A DNA stretch of 25,186 bases from Octopus sinensis (lineage: Eukaryota), in NCBI RefSeq assembly GCF_006345805.1, contig NW_021836390.1:1-25186 (forward strand). The letters run 5' to 3'. Shown here in pieces: positions 1 through 8,712 of this stretch (position 1 is its first letter; each line of letters begins with the position of its first letter). The notes under the pieces are model-generated. The model worked only from the letters and a program-made list of their open reading frames with translations, made no database searches and was not told the DNA's origin. The position numbers and the translations under genes were made by a program.

Positions 1-177
1 AGATATGATATTGCCGTGGGCTCGCCCTGGGCAAAGAAGAAAAAATTTTTGCCGATTGACACTCCCCGGACCTTAAGTAAGGCATGTGTAAAATTTGAAT
101 GAAATTGGTTGTGTAGTTCTCAAGTTTTCGGGAGACAGACAGACAGACACACATTCTCAGTTTTATATATATAGAGA
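1..177 (-). mobile_element. Short non-autonomous Helitron-like element; 3' CTAG probably cut by the window edge
   Basis: Minus strand starts A|TCTCTATATATATAAAACTGAGAATGTGTGTCTGTCTG, like the start of the complete element at 15396-15796. A GC-rich imperfect hairpin lies at 14-31 and the window starts with AG, compatible with a terminal CTAG. Confidence 0.6.
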
Positions 178-239
178 TTTTGATATAAATGCAAAACATC
201 ACCACAGAGGAATCGACGTAAACTTAAATAATAAACAGC

Positions 240-299
240 GATAGGTGAACCGTGATAGGTGAACCGTGATAGGTGAACCGTGATAGGTGAACCGCGATA
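240..299. repeat. 14-bp minisatellite (GATAGGTGAACCGT) x4
   Basis: Read directly from sequence. Confidence 0.95.
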
Positions 300-461
300 T
301 GGCGAGGTATTCCTGTATGACTAAACTGAAAATGACGTGGGTACAGAGGGAGATTCTTAACCATACAGCCATACATGCGCGTCCACCTTTTAGAGGATTT
401 CTGAAACCAGTATAAATTATCTACAATTCTGATGGGAAAAAAATATAACTGCTTTAATATT

Positions 462-1057
462 CCTTCCTACTCTAGGCACAAGGCCCGAAATTTTTTTGGG
501 GTGGGGGTGGGGGGGGGGTGCCAGTCGATTAGATCGACCCCAGTATTTCACTGGTACTTAATTTATCGACCACGAAAGGATGAAAGGCGAAGTCGACCTC
601 GGCGAAATTCGAACTCAGAACGTAAAGACAGACGAAATACCTATTTCTTTACTACCCACAAGGAGCTAAACACAGAGGAGACAAACAAGGAGAGACAGGC
701 GGATTAAGTCGATTAAATCGACCCCAGTGCGTTACTGGTACTTATTTAATCAACCCCGAAAGGATGAAAGGCAAAGACGACCTCGGCGGAATTCGAACTC
801 AGAACGTAGCGGCAGACGAAATACCTATTTCTTTACTACCGACAAGGGGCTAAACATAGAGAGGACAAACAAGGACGGACAAAGTGATTAAGTCGATTAT
901 ATCTACTCCGGTGCGTAACTGGTACTTATTTAATCGACCGCGGAAGGATGAAAGGCTAGGACGACCTCGGCGGAATTAGGACTCAGAACGTAGCGGCAGA
1001 CGAAATACCGCTAAGCATTTCGCCCGGCGTGCTAACGGTTCTGCAAGCTCACCGCTT
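462..1057 (-). mobile_element. SINE family E (Nin/Deu-domain-like), one head plus three bodies, period 184 bp
   Basis: Head at about 1006-1057; junctions GAAATACC at about 638, 822 and 1006. Core GCCTTTCATCCTTTCGGGGTCGATAAATTAAGTACCAG resembles the Nin/Deu SINE domain as I recall it. Confidence 0.85.
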
Positions 1058-1059
1058 AC

Positions 1060-1262
1060 TCTTTTCTACTCTAAGCACAAGATCCGAAATTTTGGGGGAG
1101 GGTACCAGTTGATTAGATCGACCCCAGTATTTCACTGGTACTTAATTTATCGACCGCGAAAGGATGAAAGGCAAAGTAGACCTCGGCGGAATTTGAACTC
1201 AGAACTTGAAGACAGGCGAAATACCGCTATGCATTGTTAACGTTTCTACCAGCTCACTGCCT
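1060..1262 (-). mobile_element. SINE family E monomer
   Basis: Same head, core and tail as the adjacent copy. Confidence 0.85.
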
Positions 1263-1471
1263 TATAACTGGTTTAATAATGTTTGTCGCAACTTCAATAC
1301 GGCTCTTGGGTTCGAACGGACGTTACTGTGTCATCTTTTACAAAGGTTTTATAAATAGCTTCTTTGTTGCTTTAAATAACATCTTCAGTTGATGTACTTT
1401 GATGGAATTTGGTCAAAGGAAATGCTTCTTTTTCGTATTTGAATGTGGGGAAAACCACATAATACATTGTA

Positions 1472-1777
1472 GAGGTGCGTGGCTTAGTGGTTAGAGTGTC
1501 AGCATCATGATCGTAAGATTGTGGTTTCGATTCCTGGACCGGGCGATGATGCGTTGTGTTCTTGAGCAAGACACTTCATTTCACGTTGCTCCAGTCCACT
1601 CAACTGGCAAAAGGGAGTAACGCTCTGATGGACTGGCGTCCCCGCCCAGCTGGGGAACACATACGCCATTGAAACCCGGAAACCGGGCTCACGAGTCAGG
1701 CTAGGCTTTATAAATTGAATGGCGGTGCCCCAGCATGGCCACAGCTCGTGAGCTGAAACTAGATAAAAAAAAAAAAA
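1472..1777 (+). mobile_element. tRNA-derived SINE family B with A-rich tail
   Basis: A-box-like TGGCTTAGTGG, B-box-like GTTTCGATTCC, CORE-like TGTGTTCTTGAGCAAGACACTT, 3' stem-loop and A-tract. Other copies at 3137-3366 and 4664-4972. Confidence 0.9.
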
Positions 1778-1780
1778 TAC

Positions 1781-1936
1781 GAGTGGCTGTGTGGTAAGTA
1801 GCTTGCTAACCAACCACATGGTTCCGGGTTCAGTCCCACTGCGTGGCATCTTGGGCAAGCGTCTTCTGCTATAGCCCCGGGCCGACCAATGCCTTGTGAG
1901 TGGATTTAGTAGACGGAAACTGAAAGAAGCCCGTCG
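1781..1936 (+). mobile_element. SINE family A, 5' module only
   Basis: GAGTGGCTGTGTGGTAAG...GGTTCAGTCCC...AAGAAGCCCGTCG, matching the other A copies. Confidence 0.9.
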
Positions 1937-2021
1937 GGAAAGCGTTTCCATTAAAATGCAGGCGTGATTGAGCGATTAAGATACTTGCTGCCCAACCTCG
2001 CGGATTCGGGTTCAGTCCCAC

Positions 2022-2022
<1 letters not shown>

Positions 2023-2060
<38 letters not shown>

Positions 2061-2239
2061 ACGAACGGACAGACGGACGACGAACGGATGGACGGACAGA
2101 TAGATGGACAGACAGACAGACAGACAAATAGACAGACAGACAGACAGACAAATAGACAGACAGACAGACGGACGGACGGACGGACGGACGGACGACGAAC
2201 GGATGGACGGACAGATAGATGGACAGACAGACAGACAGT

Positions 2240-2276
<37 letters not shown>

Positions 2277-2410
2277 GAGACAGACGGACGGACGGATGGA
2301 TGGACAGATAGATGGACAGACAGACAGACAAATAGACAGACATACAGACAGACAGACGGACGAATAGACAGATAGAGAGATAGATAGACAGACAGACAGA
2401 TTCAGAGAGA
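2023..2410. repeat. Compound tetranucleotide microsatellite (GACA/GACG/GATA/GATG)n
   Basis: Read directly from sequence. Confidence 0.97.
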
Positions 2411-2613
2411 TGGATACATATATGTTCATATAGATTCATATCTGTAAGTGTGTATGTATATATCCAAGTGCCGTCTGGATCCCACCTTGACCAAGTGCCA
2501 CCCTGGATCAACCAAAATCGTGTGTGTGGATCTGGTCGACGGAAACTGTGTGGAAACCTGCCATGTGTGTGTGTATGTGCGTGTTTGTATCAGTCTATGT
2601 ATATAAGTTTGTG

Positions 2614-2956
2614 AAGGCGAATGGCTCAGTGGTTAGAGCGTCGAGCTTACAATCGTGAGGTTGTGAGCTCGAATCCCGGACCGGGCTGCGTGTTGTGTTC
2701 TTGAGCAAGACACTTTATTTCACGTTGCTCCAGTTCACTCAGCTGTAGAAATGAGTTGCGACGTCACAGGTGCCAAGCTGTATCGACCTTTGTCTTTCCC
2801 TGGATAACACTGGTGGCGTGGAGAGGGAGGCCGGTATGCATGGGCGACTACTGGTCTTCCATAAAAAAAAAACCAACCTGCCATACTGGTGCCTCAAGGG
2901 TAACTCTCTAGGGCCAAACCCATGGTCACTCATGACCGAAGGGGGTCTTTACCCTT
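2614..2956 (+). mobile_element. tRNA-derived SINE family D with 14-bp target site duplication
   Basis: A-box TGGCTCAGTGG, B-box-like AGCTCGAATCC, core shared with family B. TSD TATATAAGTTTGTG (2600-2613) / TATATATGTTTGTG (2957-2970), one mismatch. Confidence 0.85.
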
Positions 2957-3136
2957 TATATATGTTTGTGTTTGTTTTGTACCCTTCACTATTCGACAAC
3001 TGGGGGTTAATTTGTTTATTTCTCTGTAACTTAGCGATTCAGCAAAAACAAAAAAAAAGTGGGTCGTTGGGAAACAAGAAGAAAAGAAAGAAAAGAGACC
3101 GATTTAATAATGACCAGACGTTTACAAATAAATAAG

Positions 3137-3366
3137 CCCTGACTCATGAAGGCCGGTTTCCTAGTTTCTATGGCACATACATTCCCCACCCTGGACGGGA
3201 CATCGGTCAGTCGCAGGATCACTCATTTTTGCCAGCTGAGTGGACTGGAGAAATGAGAAATGAAGGGTTTTGCTCAAGATCACAACGTGCCGCCCGGTCC
3301 AGGAACCGAAACCACAATCTTTGGATCATGAGTCCAACACTCTAACCACTAAGCCAGGCGACTTCC
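3137..3366 (-). mobile_element. Older family-B-like SINE
   Basis: Reverse complement aligns with 1472-1700 (TGGCTTAGTGGTTAGAGTGT...CTCCAGTCCACTCAGCTGGCAAAAA). Confidence 0.85.
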
Positions 3367-4160
3367 CTGATTGCAGACTAAAGTATTGTCCTGATACAGG
3401 AGGTCTGGCCTTTGTGTCAAAATCTCTTCCTGAGACCCCGTAAACTAGTCTTTGTTGACCATATGAATAGATGGAACCCAGGAGGCGTAATGGCCCAGTG
3501 GTTAGGGCAGCGGACTCGCGGTCATAGGATCGCGGTTTCGATTCCCAGACCGGGCGTTGTGAGTGTTTATTGAGCGAAAACACCTAAAGCTCCACGAGGC
3601 TCCGCAGGGGATGGGTGATCCCGCTGTACTCTTTCACCACAACTTTCTCTCACTCTTACTTCCTGTTTCTGTTGTACCTGTACTTCAAGGGGCCGGCCTT
3701 GTGTGTGTCACGCTGAATATCCCCGAGAACTACGTTAAGGGTGCACGTGTCTGTGGAGTGCTCAGCCACTTACACGTTAATTTCACAAGCAGGCTGTTCC
3801 GTTGATTCGGATCAACCGGAACCCTCATCGTCGTTACCGACGGAGTGCTTCCACAGATGGAACCCAATGATGCCCTTCTTATCAAAAAAGGGCCTCCTGG
3901 TGGGCTTGCTTTACCTGGTTTCTTGTGCTAGCAAAAAACAGATGCTCAGCTCATACAAGTTAACCTAGAAGCGGTCCAGGGGATTTCATAAGTCTCTGTA
4001 ATGTTTTTGCTTAGTTTAACACAAGTTTTTGTATGTCGAGCTTTCAAACTGTCTTCAAGACCCAACTGCATTCTGCAAACTAGTCAGCTGTGATCAACAG
4101 TATTTAGAAGGGCCCTTTCAGAGTTCTATCAGCACCGTCTCCTTCAATCCGGAATAACCT
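3367..4160 (-). pseudogene. Mariner transposase remnant, internally deleted, interrupted by SINE C
   Basis: From ATG at 4071: MQLGLEDSLKARHTKTCVKLSKNITETYEI...CMS*ASVFC*HK (mariner N-terminal HTH). Then PFFDKKGII, WVPSIHMVNKD across the SINE, and RPDLLYQDN (second catalytic Asp region). Contains stops and frameshifts. Confidence 0.85.
3481..3854 (+). mobile_element. tRNA-derived SINE family C, full length, perfect 12-bp TSD
   Basis: A-box TGGCCCAGTGG, B-box GGTTTCGATTCCC. TSD AGATGGAACCCA at 3469-3480 and 3855-3866. Confidence 0.92.
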
Positions 4161-4272
4161 ACGTTGGCAGGTCAAATTATTAATAGTAATAATGATGGAC
4201 TAAAATTAGAATAATCTCGGACAGATATAAGTGCCTTTCCTAAAAAGGTATCAATGCTTCTAGAATGCATCT

Positions 4273-4663
4273 CTTTACTCTTTTACTCTTTTACTTGTTT
4301 CAGTCATTTGACTGCGGCCATGCTGGAGCACCGCCTTTAGTCGAGCAAATCGACCCCGGGACTTATTCTTTGTAAGCACAGTACTTATTCTATCGGTTTC
4401 TTTTTTGCCGAACCGCTAAGTGACGGGGACGTAAACACACCAGCATCGGTTGTCAAGCAATGCTAGGGGAACAAACACACACACATACACATATATACAC
4501 ATATATACGACGGGCTTCTTTCAGTTTCTGTCTACCAAATCCACTTACAAGGCATTGGTCGGCCCGGGGCTATAGCAGAAGACGCTTGCCCAAGATGCCA
4601 CGCAGTGGGACTGAACCCGGAACCATGTGGTTGGTTAGCAAGCTACTTACCACACAGCCACTC
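4273..4663 (-). mobile_element. SINE family A, nearly full length
   Basis: Head lacks the first few nt; internal (TA/TG)n and (AAGAGTAA)-type tail present. Confidence 0.93.
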
Positions 4664-4972
4664 GTATTTTTTTTTTTTTATCTAGTTTCAGCTCACGAGC
4701 TGTGGCCATGCTGGGCACCGCCATTCAATTTATAAAGCCTAGCCTGACTCGTGAGCCCGGTTTCCGGGTTTCAATGGCGTATGTGTTCTCCAGCTGGGCG
4801 GGGACGCCATTCCATCAGAGCGTTACTCCCTTTTGCCAGCCGAGTGGACTGGAGCAACGTGAAATGAAGTGTCTTGCTCAAGAACACAACGCATCATCGC
4901 TCGGTCCAGGAAACGAAACCACAATCTTACGATCATGATGCTGACACCCTAACCACTAAGCCACGCACCTCT
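4664..4972 (-). mobile_element. SINE family B
   Basis: Near-identical reverse complement of 1472-1780. Confidence 0.92.
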
Positions 4973-5535
4973 AGAATTCCGAGAAAAAAAATAACTGTAT
5001 TTAATAACATTTTCAGCTGGTATTGTGATGGAATTTGGTCAAAGGAAATATTTGTATTTATATTTGAATGTGGAAAAAAACCCACACTGTATACGGAAAA
5101 CCTTGCCATTGATACTTTCTGTGTCTGTCTCTGGTGTGTGTCGTAGGACGAAAACCACAAATATAAATAGGTGTTGACGGAAATACACCATATAAAGATG
5201 GCTGTGTATGAAAATAGATTGGCGATAAATATAATAGCAAACACTTATAATATGGTAAACGGAGTTTCCTTTCACAACCAGAAAATATTCCATAATGCAT
5301 TTTCAATCTCGGTAATTGTACCAATATTTGGAATTCTTCAATGATGAAAAAAAAAGTCTTCGAATATTTGGTATTGGAGCAGGAAATCCGATGAGCGAAT
5401 ATTAAAAAAAAACAAAAACCAACCACAAGATCGTGAGATTTGATATCGACTGGAAATATCTAATTTATATAATGACAAATTCTCAGATGGTAAGTGGGGA
5501 AGTAGCAGTCATTAGGACAGCATCTACTAGACAAC
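4973..5535 (+). pseudogene. R4/Dong-like LINE RT/thumb remnant
   Basis: Frameshifted motifs in the expected order: TFSAGIVMEFGQRK, GVDGN, IW*TE, HNAFSISVIVPIFGILQ*. 4976-5298 is highly similar to 16991-17312. Confidence 0.75.
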
Positions 5536-5542
5536 ATTCCCA

Positions 5543-5617
5543 TTTGCCGAACCCCTAAGTTCCGGCAATGTACACAAACCAACCCAGCTATCAAGAGGCG
5601 GTGAGGGGGGAAAACAA

Positions 5618-5630
<13 letters not shown>
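5543..5630 (-). mobile_element. Old family-A-like SINE fragment
   Basis: TTTGCCGAACCCCTAAGTT...AAACAAACACAC matches the A 3' module. Confidence 0.6.
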
Positions 5631-5663
<33 letters not shown>

Positions 5664-5783
5664 TATATATATAATCAATCGATAAGGGTGAGTAAATTGG
5701 GTACTAATTTAATAGCACATCCATTTACCACCAAGTGGCTCAGTGCATAAAAAAACCCGGATTACGACACATTTTATACATAA

Positions 5784-5918
5784 ATATAAGAGAGTGACCA
5801 CCATGTGGTCTACTCTAGCACTAAAAATAGATCCGCAAGCTTTCAGCCACAAAAGAAATTGTTTCCGTTGAAAGTTAGCACTACTACCAGCTAGAGTAGA
5901 CCACATGGTGGCCACTCT

Positions 5919-5925
<7 letters not shown>
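5784..5925. repeat. 36-bp inverted repeat (1 mismatch) with 70-bp spacer
   Basis: 5784-5819 ATATAAGAGAGTGACCACCATGTGGTCTACTCTAGC vs the reverse complement of 5890-5925. Confidence 0.9.
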
Positions 5926-5951
<26 letters not shown>

Positions 5952-5958
5952 ATATATA

Positions 5959-5989
<31 letters not shown>

Positions 5990-5994
5990 TATAT

Positions 5995-6186
5995 CACCGT
6001 TGGGTACCGTTGGCGATTTTTTCCTCCGTCTTCCCTTCTCTGGATCTTACCTTTTCCTATGTTTCCGACGAAGAGCTCCGCTCGAAACGTTAAACCCTCC
6101 TTCTTCCCTTCTTTCCTGAGCGTCCAATAATACTATATTTGTTCCACGTCCTCACTTTGTTGTGTTTTCATGTTTGGATTAACTTT
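5995..6186 (+). mobile_element. Probable Penelope-like element terminal (pLTR) fragment inside (TA)n
   Basis: Contains a minimal type-I hammerhead motif and is flanked on both sides by TA microsatellite. Confidence 0.65.
6061..6095 (+). ncRNA. Minimal type-I hammerhead ribozyme motif with U4>C change
   Basis: GUUU-CCGACGA-A-GAGC(UCC)GCUC-GAA-AC|GU-U-AAAC: stem I GUUU/AAAC, stem II GAGC/GCUC, palindromic stem III ACGU. Confidence 0.75.
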
Positions 6187-6206
6187 ATATATATATATAT
6201 ATTGTA

Positions 6207-6267
<61 letters not shown>
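6187..6267. repeat. (TA)n microsatellite; similar tracts at 5617-5672 and 5921-5994
   Basis: Read directly from sequence. Confidence 0.95.
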
Positions 6268-6270
<3 letters not shown>

Positions 6271-6571
6271 CCACTCGGTATCAGACAAATCCGCCTTGGG
6301 TGGCCTACCAGGAACCGAAGTTCCTGACGGCCGTGGGAATATGTGGATTTCACAAGCGGTCCCCAACAATCCCGACTGTAGAGACATCCTGTTTGCCGCA
6401 GATTGTCCGCAGACGCAGGGACAGAACGACCGAGGAGCCGCCGATTGCCGAAGCAGACACTCCGAGGATTTTTCACCAGAGGATTTTCTGCCGGGTTGTG
6501 GCCCTAATACCACTCGGTGTCAGACCAATCCGCCTTGGGTGGCCGTACCAGGAACCGAAGTTCCCGACGGC
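6266..6571. repeat. GC-rich segment bounded by 66/67-bp direct repeats, period about 240 bp
   Basis: 6266-6331 vs 6505-6571 (TAATACCACTCGGT...GACGGC): 3 substitutions and 1 indel. Confidence 0.9.
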
Positions 6572-6758
6572 ATAGCTCTGACACTACCCGTTGCCGGCGT
6601 CCCCACCACGGTGAGGAGGGGATGGACTCAGGTGTAGAAAAATCATGATTCACGACGGTTACACCGTACAGTGGGTTTGTCGAGGAGTAAATAATGCCCC
6701 GAAAAGAAAAAAATGGTAGAGAAAATTCTTTAACACATCTTTAATTAGCAGTTACATA

Positions 6759-7170
6759 GGTGCAGGAGTGGGTGTGTGGTAAGTAGCTTGCTTACCAACC
6801 ACATGGTTCCGGGATCAGTCCCAAAGCGTGGCACCTTGGGCAAGTGTCTTCTGCTATAGCCTCGGGCCGACCAATGCCTTGTGAGTCGATTTGGTAGACG
6901 GAAACTGAAAGAAGCCCGTCGTATATATGTATGTATATATATATAATATTGTGTGTGTGTGCGTGTTTGTGTGTCTGTGTTTGTCCCCCTAGCATTGCTT
7001 GACAACCGATGCTGGTGTGTTTACGTCCCCGTCACTTAGCGGTTCGGCAAAAGAGACCTATAGAATAAGTACTGGGCTTACAAACAATAAGTCCCGGGGT
7101 CGATTTGCTCGACTAAAAGCGGTGCTCCAGCATGGCCACAGTCAAATGACTGAAACAAGTAAAGAGTAAG
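6759..7170 (+). mobile_element. SINE family A, full length
   Basis: Complete head, internal microsatellite and tail. Confidence 0.95.
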
Positions 7171-8465
7171 AAGTAATGATTTCTGTTTCAACTTTTTAGG
7201 CAATACTGACCCCATTAGAGTTCTTTTTCTTTTGCCCTCTGCATCTGTTGTCCCTAGCATAGGGTCACAATTGAGGTCTGCTAGCTGGGAAGCGACTTAT
7301 GCCACCCTACCAGTTGATCACCCTACGTCCCTCTCCTGCCCTACGTTTGCGTGCCGGACGAAAAGATTAGCGGCACGTCTATCCCTCCCTCTTGTACCAT
7401 CATATCGCAAGACAAAGAAATATTTTATTCTTCCATAATCCATAAGCGCAGGAGTGGCTGTGTGGTAAGTAGCTTGCTAACCAGCCACATGGTTCCGGGT
7501 TCAGTCCCACTGCGTGGCATCTTGGGCAAGTGTCTTCTGCTATAGCCCCGGGCCGACCAAAGCCTTGTGAGTGGATTTGGTAAGACGAAACAGAAAGAAG
7601 CCTGTCGTATATATGTATATGTATATAAGTGTGTTGTGTATATGTTTGTGTGTCTGTGTTTGTCCCCCTAGCATTGCTTGACAACCGTGCTGGTGTGTTT
7701 ACGTCCCGTAACTTAGCGGTTCGGCAAAAGAGACCGATAGAAAGTACTGGCTTACAAAAGAATAAGTCCCGGGGTCGATTTGCTCGACTAAAAGCGGTGC
7801 TCCAGATGGCCACAGTCAAATGACTGAAACAAGTAAAGAGTAAGAAGTAATGATTTCTGTTTCAACTTTTTAGGCAATACTGACCCCATTAGAGTTCTTT
7901 TTCTTTTGCCCTCTGCATCTGTTGTCCCTAGCATAGGGTCACAATTGAGGTCTGCTAGCTGGGAAGCGACTTATGCCACCCTACCAGTTGATCACCCTAC
8001 GTCCCTCTCCTGCCCTACGTTTGCGTGCCGGACGAAAAGATTAGCGGCACGTCTATCCCTCCCTCTTGTACCATCATATCGCAAGACAAAGAAATATTTA
8101 TTCTTCCATAATCCTAAGCGCAGGAGTGGCTGTGTGGTAAGTAGCTTGCTAACCAGCCACATGGTCCGGGTTCAGTCCCACTGCGTGGCACCTTGGGCAA
8201 GTGTCTTCTGCTATAGCCCCGGGCCGACCAAAGCCTTGTGAGTGGATTTGGTAGACGGAAACAGAAAGAAGCCTGTCGTATATATGTATATGTATATAAG
8301 TGTGTGTGTATATGTTTGTGTGTCTGTGTTTGTCCCCCTAGCATTGCTTGACAACCGATGCTGGTGTGTTTACGTTCCCGTAACTTAGCGGTTCGGCAAA
8401 AGAGACCGATAGAATAAGTACTGGGCTTACAAAAGAATAAGTCCCGGGGTCGATTTGCTCGACTA
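7090..8465 (+). repeat. Tandem duplication of about 675 bp (spacer plus SINE A)
   Basis: Spacers 7166-7445 and 7840-8117 are identical except for small indels. Confidence 0.92.
7446..7845 (+). mobile_element. SINE family A, chimera of its two neighbours
   Basis: 5' variants match the 8118 copy; 3' variants match the 6759 copy. Confidence 0.9.
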
Positions 8466-8535
8466 AAAAGGCGGTGCTCCAGCATGGCCGCAGTCAAATG
8501 ACTGAAACAAGTAAAAGAGTAAAGAGTAAAGAGAG
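8118..8535 (+). mobile_element. SINE family A, full length
   Basis: Complete head and tail. Confidence 0.95.
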
Positions 8536-8709
8536 TAATCCAAAATAGAAAACATAACTAACAACAAAATGACGAATGAACAGGACAAGGAGAGACAATG
8601 AAATAGGATTTCTCTTCCGGAAATTCCGAAACATTTGAATATTTCCGAAATTGTATTTTATTCCTCGGTAATTTCCGACTCTTTTCTTGAAAACTAATTG
8701 AAACCAGGG
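8536..8709 (+). repeat. Dispersed repeat paralogous to 12489-12672, possibly further LINE remnant
   Basis: Shared blocks AACAGGACAAGGAGAGAC and TTTTATTCCTCGGTAATTTCCGACT; weak RTRR...NS...FIPR resemblance to the LINE thumb region. Confidence 0.6.
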
Positions 8710-8712
8710 AAT

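Larger units (their letters stand above)
1368..1952 (+). pseudogene. R4/Dong-like LINE reverse transcriptase fragment, interrupted by a SINE composite at 1470-1936
   Basis: Translates LMEFGQRKCFFFVFECGE, like the RT motif GMEFGxxKCA..I.RGK. Colinear with 17015-17127, and homology resumes after the insert (GGAAAGCGTTTCCATT vs GGAAAGCGTTGCCATT). Confidence 0.65.
1957..3140 (+). mobile_element. Old diverged family-A-like SINE, split by a microsatellite and SINE D
   Basis: Head 1957-2021 (GGGTTCAGTCCCAC), middle 2520-2580 (GGATCTGGTCGACGGAAACTG) and 3' part 2971-3140 (GTAACTTAGCGATTCAGCAAAA...GAGACCGAT) occur in the correct order. Confidence 0.6.

Noticed and set aside
1505-1951. Recurring ORFs such as RRASFSFRLPNPLTRHWSARGYSRR
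   Set aside because: They recur only because they read through SINE A/B copies, and their frames are not conserved between copies.
3481-3556. Possible tRNA genes at SINE heads (also 1472 and 2614)
   Set aside because: Acceptor/anticodon pairing is poor, and each continues into a SINE body, two with TSDs.
4933-5244. Hydrophobic minus-strand ORF resembling a membrane protein
   Set aside because: It is the antisense of the LINE RT remnant, and the paralog at 17030-17310 has stops in that frame.
6497-6515. Pistol-ribozyme-like hairpin GUGG-UAUUAGGG-CCAC on the minus strand, and an HDV-like fold at 6510-6584
   Set aside because: No CCCUAA pseudoknot partner for pistol, and no proper P1/P1.1/J4-2 for HDV.
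8655-8685. Minus-strand VGNYRGIK resembling an RTE RT motif
   Set aside because: No surrounding RT context on that strand; the paralog stops two codons later.
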